From Fistulifera solaris (lineage: Eukaryota): DNA of 64,000 bases. The position numbers and the translations under genes were made by a program. Positions 36,697-48,568 of this stretch are shown here, piece after piece. Within the stretch, counting starts at the first letter, position 1; every line of letters begins with the position of its first letter. The notes under the pieces were generated by a model. That model saw only the letters and a program-made list of their open reading frames with translations, was not told the DNA's origin and did no database searches. The DNA is taken from NCBI GenBank assembly GCA_030295235.1, contig AP026135.1, positions 1,054,001 through 1,118,000 on the forward strand, read 5' to 3'.

Positions 36697-38253
36697 CTTA
36701 TGTGCTCTAGGATTCACTTAAATTTGTTCCAAAGTAGCCTTCAGTTTTTCCCCAATGCACGAAACGGCAAGAGGAAGGCCTACCGTCCTACCATCAACAA
36801 AGAGAACAGGAAAAGCGCAGATATCGAAATCACATGTCAAACCATGCATTAAGTCATCAACATAGTTCTGAAACTCCCATAAAAGCCAATTAACCATATA
36901 ATGGAGGAACTTTGAAATGTTGAAATTGGCAGGGGCCAAAGTGAGCGATTTCTTTCGAATAGCCGCCAATGACGACACCGCGACTTTGACTCGACATCCT
37001 CACCCAATTCGAACACTGGTGACATTTTCAATTAGGGCCACCACTGCGCAAGACTAATCATATGATGAACAAGATTGCCATCTGGGCATGTTATCGAGTC
37101 AAGAGAACGACATGTGTCAGAGTAGTCCAAGCCATGCACATAGTTTCTGTGGTTGGAAGATGCTGTCTGCTGACTTCACGTGAAAACGAATCGAGCTATC
37201 AATCTCGATAATGTGTAATGTCGCAAGCTACCCTTCGAGATGGTGATATTCAGAACTGACGGCGTTTAGGATGTATAAGGTACAGCCATTGCATAGGCAA
37301 TTCAACGTCAATTCTAATCATACACTTTCCCAGTATCTGAATGCTTTTCTTTTTCCACCAAGATTCAACAGCGCTTCGTATTCTTATCAAGAAAAGTACC
37401 ACAGATTCGGTTGCAGTGGATGCAATTCATAGTAGGTTATCGCCACGCCAAAAGCCCAGCCAATACGGAAAAACATTATCAGGTACCTGGTATTGCCGCT
37501 GCTAAAACACCCTCTTGAGCTGTTTGCAATGGAAAAAGTCATCCCTCTGACTCATGTAGTTTGAAAGCTCTATCGTTATTTGTCGGCTTCGGTGGCAAGC
37601 TTCAAACAATCACGCCATATAGAGGGTCAGCTGGGGGATCGAAAGGTTGATCTGTTTTTGCGTTGCTCTAGATTCCGATTAACGGACCTGTTGTGCACTA
37701 GAATTCTGAATTCATTTCCAACAATTTACGTCCAAATTTCACCGCACATTGGACCCACTAAATAGATTTTCAACAGTTCAAACCACGACCTTGAGTGTTT
37801 GATTCTTCTCAAGCTAGCTCTTTCTTTTTAGCTATTCGACGAGATTGATGAAAGAAATGAATGTATAACGAAATAATGATAAATGAAAAGAATGAATGAA
37901 GATACTGTTTATTTATCTGTGCTCGCGAAGGATTACCTGGTACCTTGTACCTGGTATGTTGTGTTTTCCGCCCACATGTTACGGGACTGGATTTTATTGA
38001 GGAGGTCCTCGTCCTCCAACTCCTGAGTCCCGAGTCATTTCGTCGCCTGTCCGTCGCACAACCAATCGAAGATGATAAACCAGTAACCGCAAAATGTTGA
38101 CCAACAGAAAAACGCAAAGAAACCGAGCTTCACTTTAACTCCTTTACAAAAGAAGATAGCAACATTATTTCCTTTTTCGGTAATCTTTTCGCTTCTTTCT
38201 CTACACAAGAAAAGACAAAAGCTTGCCGTGCGCTTGCGAGTAAACGAACGAAT

Positions 38254-39701
38254 ATGCTGCTTTCATCGAATTGCACGATTTCTTTCCTCCTCATCATGAC
38301 AGCGATCATCTCTCAGGTGTATTCTTTCACAACCAGTGCTGTGCGACGACATGATTTTCTTGTTTATGGTGCTATAAAACCTCGACTTTTCTCTCAAGCT
38401 AGCGCAGCAGCATCCTCTTCGTCGTCGTCGTCGTCGTCACTACCGTCTCAAAAAATGAAACGTTCCGAAGCGACCCGCCCCAAAACGGTGCGCAACGATA
38501 CAGGAGGATTACGCCGTTTACCGGTCGTCAAGGCTCCTTCGGAACTCATGTCCCGCGCCCAGAAAACGGCACGAATGATACGGGCCGACCCTAATGTCAA
38601 AATGTGCGCAATCGCGCTCGCAAACACGGTGTTGAAACAATCAACGCTCTCGTACAGGGGTTGTGTTTACCATTGCGCGACTGTGTGGATGGATATAAGG
38701 CCGAATGGCGGCGGTTGCATCCCTTTGAAAGAGTTGTAGCGGATTTAACTGCCAGAGCCCGGCAAAAGAAAGATGGTGTGACGTTGACACAAGTTTTAGA
38801 TGATATTCACGAAGCGCGGAAAATTGTTTTGGAAGCCGGAAAAGATTGGATTGCCAAAATCAAAAGTGCCGAAACAGCCAAAGAAGCCGGTGACAGTCTT
38901 CAAGAGGCAACCGATAGTTTGTTGAAGCTGTATCAAGAATTCGCTACGAAACCTGTAACGGAGATCTTGGAATTGCAGCGTTCTTTGCGCAGTGCTCCCA
39001 TTGTACAGTTGGATACACCTGCCGTCGTGCTCGTTGGGGCCCCGAATGTCGGCAAGTCCAGTATTGTACGAGCAATCTCGTCAGCGACACCGGAAGTCAA
39101 CAATTATCCCTTTACCACTCGTGGGATGACATTAGGTCATGTCGAAGTCTTCTGGTCGGGCGATTCGGTCATTGGGAAAGCGGTCGTACCGGAAGGAAAA
39201 CAACGCAGGACCCGAGACGTGGCACCCGAAGTGGCCAGTGGACAATACGCTTTTTCGCAACTCTGTCAAGTCATGGATTCCCCGGGTCTATTGGTTCGTG
39301 AAGACCATGAACGCAATGAAATGGAGGCTTTAACCTTAGCTGCCATGCAACACCTACCCACCGCTGTCATGTATGTGATGGATTTGTCCGGTGGAGCGGG
39401 GGACAAGTGCTCCAGTGTGGCGGATCAATTACAGCTACGTCGTGATATGCGAGCGCGTTTTCCGCGAAGACCGTGGTTGGACGTGGTTTCCAAATATGAT
39501 TTGGGTGTTGTTGATGGCGCACTGGAAGAACTGGAAGATATTATCGGGGGCGATCAGTACATCAAACTATCCATCCATGAAGGACTAGGGGTGGATGAAC
39601 TTCGAACTGAAGTCCTTCGAATGCTGGGGGAAGTCCGTGTTGTTTTGGATGCAATGGCTTCCATTTCGGAGAAAGAGAAACAGAAAGACGTTGCAAGGTG
39701 A
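38254..39701 (+). CDS. NOG1-like (OBG superfamily) GTPase, probably plastid-targeted; apparent frameshift near 38600
   Basis: LHPFE, G1 GAPNVGKSS, G2 YPFTT, G3 DSPG, MDLSG, G4 SKYD; signal peptide ending VYS|F (ASAF-like). Confidence 0.88.
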
Positions 39702-40000
39702 TTGTAACCAAACGGACTCGTTGAAATATACTCATTCTCTTCGTTCGCTGGCTCAATGGCCGATCAGAAGCAAACTCATGTTTGGTGTTTGGACAAATAT
39801 TGCCATTTTTCCAATAACTTAACGGACTATCTTTCTCGGTGACAACTTGAACCACAAAGGTGACGTTACGGTGAACCGTGGATGCCCTTAAACTGATTAT
39901 GATGATGATAAAACGCCATCCTTGCCTAATATCATAGCCAACACATATATATTAACCTTTCCTTCCTTGACCTAGAGTTTACTTAGCGATTGCGTCGAAA

Positions 40001-41806
40001 CTATCGATTTCGTTTCCGGGAGACCACGGCCCTAATACTTGATTCCATCATCCCGATAACAGTGAATGTCCCTCCAACAATTGCCATGACGGATGTGATA
40101 TAATCGTACCAGCGTCGTGATTTCTTCCGGTATGAAACAGCAACAGGAGATAAGTCAAAGATGAACTTGGCTTCCGGTACTACGTTTTCATCATAGTATG
40201 CCAACTGACTGCTTTGAATGATCTGATAAGCAACCTGCTCTCTTTTTCCGAACTTAAGGCCGTCAATGCTTGTAGGGATGACTTTGAGATAATGATGGTA
40301 CGCTTCATGAAGGTTGTCGTTAATGTAAACATTGCCACTCATGGGGTCTATCTTGCTCTTTACTTCATTGGGTACAAAAACTCTTCCGGTTTGAATCAGC
40401 CGATGCGCACCAGGATCGCCCATGGTAAGCAAGTGCACTTCATGCGATGCATTCGTCATATGCGGCACAATATCATGATGTGCCGAACGAGCTTGAATGT
40501 GAAAGTTGCCTGGTACACGGTCCAACATGAGATGACCCGACAACTGACAACCAGGGTGATCTTCATCGACCCAACTGTGATGCAGTCTCTTTTTTCGTCG
40601 TTTGACTCGATCGGCCCAAGCACGCTCTTCATCGTCAAGGTCTTCTCCATCCTCAATACCCATACGTTTTTTCATTGCTAGAGTGGGAAATGCAGTGTAA
40701 GGTCGTGTTTCTTAAAACTTCACCTCCAAATAGAAATTAGTTCATCACCTACCTTTTTCCGCCGACGCCAACTTCAACGGATCATCACTTTTCAACAGTT
40801 CACCTTTGTGATAATCCTCAATTTCTCTCAAATAATCCACCATAGACACGACGGTTCTATCTTTCATATAGTCGCCAGCTTGCCATCGTTTTCCATCGAC
40901 AAACAGTCGTAAAGTGGGGTACGCCCGAATGCCTTGTTGCATACAAAAACGCTCGTGTAACACACAATCAATCTTGGCAATTACCACCGGGAGTTCGACT
41001 TTGGAAGCATGATCGTATTCTTCTTGAGTATATTTGTGTTGGTTCTCGTCTGCAATGTGTTCCGCCGCTATGGCCATGACTTCGGCTAGTGTTTCCCACG
41101 TCGGAGCAAGATCTCGGCAATGTGAGCACCTGCGATGTAATTATGAGCGAACAGACACAAAAGACCACTCGAGCAAGAAGACAGTGAATACTTGACTCAC
41201 CAATTGGCATAAAAGTCCACAAAGACGTATTCATTTTGTTCAATTGCCAACCGAAACGTTTCTTCATCCAAACTAATCGCATCAATCCCATTCTCGTGCA
41301 AATCTTCAATCGAATCTGTCACGGACGAATCGTACAATTCAATATCATGCTGCGCCCGATTTCGTCCCTGAAAGCGTTGGCGGATACCTTCCGCATCGAC
41401 GTGCCACTTGTTGACGTGAGCCGTCACATTCTGCTCGGTTCCGAGTACACTGACCACATCGACGACCGCGTATTCGCATTTGAGATCCATCATGGTAATA
41501 TTAAAATTGACACGAATTTTGTCTTGATCCGATACATCCAATGCGAGATCACTGACGATTCTGTAGACAAAGAGAGAAAATCAAAATCGAACATTAGCGA
41601 GCGCCGATCAACATTGAGATATCACATGCATGATGTTCTTACGTTTTCGAAAAATACGATTTCGTTTCGAGAAAAAATAGCATGAGCATGACGAATGCCG
41701 CAATGTAACTAAATGCCGATCCTCGACGACTACCTTCCATCAAATCTGTGGGGATCTTGCGATACATATCGAGCCGCCCGGCCCAGCGAAGTCGTGATGT
41801 TGCCAT
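40001..41806 (-). CDS. ERGIC (Erv41/Erv46-family) protein with an internal thioredoxin domain (PDI-C type); three introns
   Basis: LDMYRKIPTDL.EG N-terminus, NFNITMMDLKCEY..VDV, FYANW|CSHC across intron 41130-41200, GCQLSGHLMLDRVPGNFHI, F.FDLSP, AIVGGTFTV. Confidence 0.9.
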
Positions 41807-42210
41807 TTCTGTGTGTGCGATTTTGCCGAGATATCAAAGGCAGTGGTGAATAGCGTAATCTTGATCAATGAATACTCCGATTGATGCGTATGAAGTAATA
41901 TCAATTGCAATACTTTGACATGCAATATAGACTTTCTCAAAGGAAGCATTTCAATGCTTCCGTGCGATGATGAATCAAGGAGATCGACGGTCATCACGCG
42001 GGTCGCTAACCCGGATATTGGGATGAATCATGACTGAAATTTAGTCTTGGTGAAGTTGCGTCTACACTTTGGACCTATACTTTTACACAGGTAAACAAGC
42101 CGTGAGGATTTTGGACAAAAAAATGAGGCTGTTATTGACTATTGACAACTACTTGTAGCCGCCAGTGGTTCCTATTTCTATGACCTGCGGAGAGGATCAC
42201 ATACCACATG

Positions 42211-42432
42211 CCCAAATTTCCAGTGCACGTCAAGAAGCCATACGCACAGATTTCTGTGAAAGTGAAGGCACCACGCACCACACCCCCAGATTTTCTGGAG
42301 CCGAAAACACCACTCCCCCAGATATTCTGGGAAAGTCAAATCATTACTCCCCCAGATTTTCTGGGGAGGTGAAAACACAACACCCAGATTTTCTGGGAAG
42401 GTGATAGCAACGCACTCCCAGATTTTCTGGAC
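42211..42432. repeat. Tandem array (~33-bp period, 7 units) with dyad core CCCAGATTTTCTGGG in a divergent intergenic region
   Basis: Cores start at 42211, 42245, 42285, 42317, 42351, 42383, 42417. Confidence 0.88.
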
Positions 42433-42597
42433 ACCACCAGAATTTCGGTGAACGTGACAACATTATGATTATGGAACCGTACCTGGTAAAACGATGGTTT
42501 TATTTAGCGTTGATCTATTTTTCGTTACCGGTATCATCAACTCCTTATATTACAAAGTATTTGAATACCAATAGATTTGACGACAATAGCAACAGCA

Positions 42598-43798
42598 ATG
42601 ACAACGCTGGATTTGCCGCCGCCCTCATTCTATCATGACACACTCAATTACGCGTCCGAGTGGTCCGAGTATCAGAATCAATTGCTAGCACAATTGTCTT
42701 CCCTTACTTGTTTTGATCTTGTTTTCGAAGGTAACGAGATTCTCATTGCATGTACTTCCACTGGAGAACTTTTGTTTCTTTCGGCTGGCGCATATTGGAG
42801 TCGATAACGAGGAAGACTATTCCGATAACGCCACTTTTACCGATAACTCATTAAAAGATACAAAGACTTGCTTCTATCGATTCCAGCTGACGAAAGGATC
42901 TCTATATTCGCTGAAAATACAGAGCGACGCAGAACACACATGGCTCATTGTAGGAGGCGATGGAGGTGTCTGGCTCTTCGACTGGAATGACGTGCAAGGT
43001 GCACTCAACAATTCATCGGCATTCAATCAACCCCCCAAGCATAACCATTTCCCTCTCCATCCTTCACCACACGAAGCGGCAATTGACGTCAACGACACGT
43101 GTTTCCAGAATGGGTGCCTTTTTGGAGCCGCGGGTGATAATTTTGGTTGTTACAAATGGGATGTGGCAACTGGTAAACTGATTACTACGTACCCTTCCAA
43201 GTTCCTGCAGACCTTGACGCTCGTGCCCGATACAAATCTATTGCTAACAGGCGGTGAAGAAGGTGTACTGAGCTTGTGGGATACCCAACAAGATCGTCGC
43301 GTTGATCAACTTGAAATACCTTACCCGTCCTCCAAAGGATCAACAAATTCAATCGAGAAACGAGGTGCCCTGCCAAACTGTCAAACGCGCCTCACCTGCT
43401 CGATCGCTCGGGATGAAAATTGGTGGACTATCGGAGGAGAAAGGATTCATACGCTAAATATGCGACAACAGTCCGTGTCGGACAAGGGTGGCTTTCTCGC
43501 CACGTTTCACGGGCCCACTCGATCCATTGTCTCGCAGCTCGAATTACGGGAAACGCCCCAGAAACTATCTTTTGTCGACAATAACAAGAATACTCTTATT
43601 TCGGTGGCCAATGAAAGCTATGTTAGCCATTTTCAAAACCCGTTGGCCCTAGAGAATCCGGAACGCGTCTGGTGTCACTCACCGAGTGTATTTGCGGCCG
43701 CTGTTTCCGAGAATGGTATTCTAGCCGTTGCAGGAGTCGGTTCGACCATTGATTTGTATAGAAATCAAACAGAACTAATTGGCACAGTCCGGTTGTAA
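42598..43798 (+). CDS. WD40-repeat protein, THOC6-like; apparent frameshift near 42780
   Basis: LIVGGDGGVWLFDW, DVND...LFGAAGD..CYKWD, LLTGGEEG.LSLWD, LAVAGVGSTIDL; the THOC6 assignment is by resemblance only. Confidence 0.65.
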
Positions 43799-43913
43799 AT
43801 CATCAAATTTAACTATTATCAGAACAGTTTGTTTAAAAGTATCGGAACTCTCATCACATCAAAAATGGTACCTGCCCATGAACATAGCTCAATCTTACTT
43901 TTCATTCTAGTAA

Positions 43914-44958
43914 TTACTCACTACCAGAATTAGAAAACGCACTACTTGCGCTCATGTCACGGAGCGCAATGGCTGTTTTGCGGACGGTGTGGTTACCGCC
44001 ATAACCAAACAATTCGTTCGCGAATCGGGAATCGTCTACAACGCCCTCCGCGTTTCGAGAATTTGACCTTGACCAAAGCCGCATAAGCGGACATGGTCAA
44101 AAGAGAGTCACTTCCCGCTTGATGCTCTGCTCCCAATCGCTGGCAACCCAGATCGTCGGCCAATTTTTGCAATCCTCCCATGAACTGATGACCATCTAGC
44201 AGACTTGTCATATATTTGATGTCGTATATTGTGGGAAAGTATGTTTTAAGAAGGCTGAAAAATTCTTTCTCTTCCATCGGTAGTTCCACGGTAGTCAGAA
44301 TCTTGAGCAAGTAGCCATAGTCGTAAGCCGAATGAAACGAAACCCATTTCACTTTGTCGTTCAACACCAATCCTGACACCATCAAAAGTTCACCAAACAA
44401 CAATGGATCGATACCGCGTTTAGCATGATCATCGAATGAAATTCCCGATTTGATCAACAAATCAATAGAATCTTGCGCGAACATATCCTCATTGAGATTG
44501 AATTGAAAATTGAATTGCCAACACGGACATCCCGGAGCAAAGTTTCCGTTTTCATCTGCGAAGCTAAGACCGAGTTGAATTATTTTCAGGAGATCAATAT
44601 TGACTTTGAGTGACTTGTAATGATAATCAGGAGAAAACGTTTCGGTGACAGGCTTGGCAACAACTCCAGGAAATTCCGTATCCATGGCAACGTAGTTGTA
44701 TTTCTCAATAATTTCTCGAATTACTGCCATTTCTTCTTCAACATTCTCCGCCCACACATTCCGGATTTCCAACATTTCTCCCTTGTATTCAAAGGAATAA
44801 CTGGCGATCGCATTTGAATTCTTGCCGCGTTCGGCAGGATACGGTGAACTGGATCGAGACGAAGGACCATTCGACGGCGTTTGCTGCCGGTGATACTGCG
44901 GATTGAATGGCGGCGACGCGGCCGCCAATTTTGTGGCAAAAGGGCCGACCGTAGCCAT
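43914..44958 (-). CDS. CAF1: CAF1/POP2 DEDD deadenylase (CCR4-NOT subunit 7/8); apparent frameshift near 44045
   Basis: YVAMDTEFPG, LKIIQLGL, WQFNF, FHSAYDYGYL, HQAGSDSLLT; the alternate frame gives ELFGYG ending at stop 43914. Confidence 0.95.
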
Positions 44959-45712
44959 TCCACTTTGTTGTAATTTGACGATCAAACACAACAAGAAAGA
45001 ATAAACGAGGGCCACTGTTGCTTTGCAATAAATCAATATAAGTTCTGCCGGTTATTTTTTTCTTGTCGTGTTGATTGATGGCGCAGCAGCAAGCTTTTCG
45101 GGGAGTTCACTGATCGCACCGAAGTTTTCACACACTTCAAACAAGGTCCCAGAAGATTTTCGGAGTTAGAGGTTTTCAGTCATGCGTCGACGTGACTCAC
45201 TATATTCACCGAGACCATTTCCAGCTGTCCATTTAATCCCGGTCTACTTGTTGGAAGAGTAAACGCTGGGAAAGCATCGAGATTCAAGCACCTTTATAGT
45301 CATGACCTGTGATGAGGGATATAATTGCATATCAGGTAATCATGGTTCAAGCGACCACTGAAGAATCATCATCGCAAAAGCTCGGTCGTCGACCAGCCAG
45401 CATAAGAAAAGAAATAAATCAAAACTGGGTAGTCAGATCGCATATAGACAACCATTAACTTTCTGAATAACGCTTCAACAAGTCCCTATCATCGTCTCAT
45501 CAGACATCAAAATGCCGCAACGCGAAGCGATAAGTTTTCTAAGCTAAAATTTGCACTATCATAAACTATCCTATACAACTTTTACGTGCAATAAAAGAGA
45601 AGCGGTTCGCGAATAATTCATACAGCTCCCACTCAACGCGTAGCAACCGCTCTGATCCGTAACTCTCTTTAAGCCAGCCAGCCAGCCGTCCGCCTAAGAC
45701 CATATATACCTC

Positions 45713-46081
45713 TCATTCTCCGCGTGCTTTGCGACTCAGCGTCTCAAAGACTTCATCAATTGGAAAAGCATCGTAGACAATACCATAAGTGAAACCTCCT
45801 GTAAGCAAACCGGCTGTAAGACCCATGAATCGACCTCGTCGTAATGTCATAATACCTGCCGCAACTACACTGGATCCACCCACTATATACGGAGCGTACA
45901 TATGACGATGCTGATAGAGTCGTTCGATGGAATATGTCATATCAGATCCCTGATGAAGTGCTTTCGAAATGGGCTGCGATATGGCGTTCATTTGTTTTTC
46001 CGTAGTGGCGAGCACACGATTGGTTTGTTCTACCACCAATCGGCTGAACCGTTTTAAGGGAGGTGCTTCGTCGTCCGCCAT
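45713..46081 (-). CDS. Small hypothetical membrane protein
   Basis: Intact 122-aa ORF with two Gly-rich hydrophobic segments separated by RRGR. Confidence 0.6.
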   Translation of the reverse strand: MADDEAPPLKRFSRLVVEQTNRVLATTEKQMNAISQPISKALHQGSDMTYSIERLYQHRHMYAPYIVGGSSVVAAGIMTLRRGRFMGLTAGLLTGGFTYGIVYDAFPIDEVFETLSRKARGE

Positions 46082-46316
46082 GTTACGATTCACTGACAGC
46101 GATTCAGAAACAGGGGATCGTGCGTTTGTTTCAGTCGCTTTGCAATTACAGCAATGGCAAGCTGGCCAATTGAATCGAATAAAGCATCAATGCTCAAGCG
46201 ATGCGAAATGCGTGCGCAATGCGAATTATTTTGTCATGCAGATTTGTTTACGTGCATTTTTACGTTGGCCCCCTACTGGTAAGGTTGCTGGTAGAGAAAT
46301 TTATAGTTACAGGAGA

Positions 46317-46507
46317 ACCCGGATATTAGTCACTTCGGCAATCATCCATCTCTGGGGTACTGGTATACTTGTATTTGACTGAAATACCATAAAACCGTTC
46401 GGTATCATGGATGTTCACAATCAACTCGAAATGGAATCATCGTGGAAAAGAGCAAAAGAAAACGCTCCGAATGGCTACGTGAAATTCACGTAGGCCCCGT
46501 AGGAATT
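46317..46507 (+). repeat. ~190-bp dispersed module, copy B
   Basis: ACCCGGATATT at 46317; CTACGTGAA-A-TTCACGTAG at 46475-46493, then GCCCCGTAGGAA. Confidence 0.7.
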
Positions 46508-46820
46508 TTATAACGACTACAAAATCAATCTATTGCAGTGTTCGGGATCATTTTTATCAGAAGGTAAACGCTTGGGTAAATGTTTGGCATCTCAAGGTAC
46601 CGGCAAGCTTCTTTGCTCTTGGGTATCGAGTGCGTTCGTTGTTTATCATGTGACTATGGGAGTTCTTGTAGGACATAATAGTATGATAAATTCTCATTTG
46701 CTTATCTTTACGTTTCATGGATTGCTAGATGTAATCCAAAGAACTTGTTGTATAGTCCTTTGTACATTTCAAAACCGAATAAAACACCTATCTACAAAGA
46801 GCGCTTTCAATGGATACTTC

Positions 46821-47936
46821 CTATTGCGACGATGTTGAATTCGAGTCGTCGTCTCGATTTAAGCCAGACTTTTTCAATTTCAATTGGATGTCCTTCTCTT
46901 TCTGCTTTAACAACTGTAAGCCAAGTTTGAGACGTTCAAACAAATTTGCCGAATCGAGAGCCTGTATTCGGTACAGGGCATCTCCTTCCGCGTAGACTTC
47001 TGTACAAAAAGCGGCCCAACTTATTGCTGTCAGTTCCTGTGGGGATCGATCTACTAACGATGATTGTTGAGCTATCACTTGGTATCCCTGTGTATCTGTA
47101 TTCAAGGCTGTTGTGTAAGCTTGGTGGAATCGTTTCCGTCGATCAATGATCTTTGCCAAGCTCTCATCGTCATCGTCATCCTCATCCTCTTCGTCCGCAT
47201 AAAATGTATCCTCCTGATCGTGATTTAACGTGTTAGCTTATAACTCTCTTTGTGTACAAGGACGATCAAATTTCGATTTGTTGCCACCTACCAACTTTGC
47301 CAATTCGATTCTCCGTTGCATTTCTTTGTTCTCCTCATCCTCGTCATCGACAGTCGCTTTGACCCCCTTCAACTTGTGCTCCATGCTACTTAGAAGCAAG
47401 ACCAGATTCTCGATTTGACTCGCGATTAAGTTGGGTAATTCCAGATTTGGTGGCAGCTGATCAATGACTTCTAGACAAGCTGCCTTCAAATACGGCTCTT
47501 GTTGTTGAAAGCCCAGTACTTGTGCCCTTCCTACCACACGAATAGTGCAAAATATCCCAAATCCCTCCATACGATTGTATGCTTCAATTTCACACAACGG
47601 AACCGTTTGAATCATTCCCGAATCTGCCAACAATCCCATCGCAACGACACCTCCGTGATTATCCATAACATCTTGAAATAATTTAAGAAAGCGCTCTTCG
47701 TACAATCTCAATTGTTTCGTCTCTCCTTGTAACAAAACTTCGGCGAACGCAAAAGGCAAAATACATATTTGTTTCGGCGGTACAATTGAGTCCGAACGTT
47801 GACCGGGGAGATCAAAATCAATGTCACGCCATTCGTGAATGTCCAACAAGGCCGTGGTGATGCGGTGCTTCGGCACCAGCACAAACGAATGACATTGTTG
47901 TAGGATTAATGCAACGAATACAAGACACTGTCGCAT
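46821..47936 (-). CDS. Lon protease N-terminal (substrate-binding) domain protein, probably plastid-targeted; intron 47214-47291
   Basis: ILPF...LLQGETKQLRLYEERF, IRVVGRA, QQEPYLKA; signal peptide ending CHS|F. Confidence 0.8.
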
Positions 47937-48150
47937 GTCGATTCCTCTTAATCTTTCTTTGCAATTCATAACAGACAAAAATGAATCGTCTTTTTCGGTA
48001 ATTAATGGAGGGGAAACAACAATGGGAAGATAATATAGAGATGTGTTGCGTCGAAACAACACGAAAACACCATTTTGCATCGGGTTCGAAAAGGTTACGC
48101 GTTTTTTAACAGACTCGCCTAGTGAGAGGAAATTAATCGAAAAAGGGGAT

Positions 48151-48338
48151 ACCCGGATATTGTGTATTTCGACCCCATCCATTTATTGGGTCCACAGCGC
48201 TCGAAAGTCAACATGTAGTTGATATATATCATGAAACAATCATTGTCATCGATTTGAAAACAAAACAAAATGTGGATGAAACGGATGCTGCACCGCTTCG
48301 AAAGTCTACGCGTGTTTCATGTAGGCCTCGTAAGGAAG
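48151..48338 (+). repeat. ~190-bp dispersed module, copy C
   Basis: ACCCGGATATT at 48151; CGCTTCGAAAGTCTACG...CATGTAGGCCTCGTAAGGAAG at 48295-48338. Confidence 0.7.
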
Positions 48339-48568
48339 TCTGTCGACGGAGGGGCTACCAGGTACCCGGATTTGAGAGCGAAAAGGTTTTAACGACGGGC
48401 AGACACCAATGACTGCGGTCATTATTTTGAGACGAAAAATGTTTGATTATGTTTTCCAACTCTTTCAAATTGCAATGAAAGCAAACGTCCTTGTTTCTTC
48501 CAATTTCATATCAAATATATACTGACTGCTCATCTTTTTTCTTTTTTACTACTTGCTACTTGGGTGAA

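Noticed and set aside
36718..37800. Short ORFs right of the inverted repeat
   Set aside because: No recognisable motifs; may be decayed coding DNA but unsupported
42211..42432. CRISPR array
   Set aside because: Eukaryotic context, no cas genes, linkers only ~17-25 nt and related to each other; better described as a dyad-containing minisatellite
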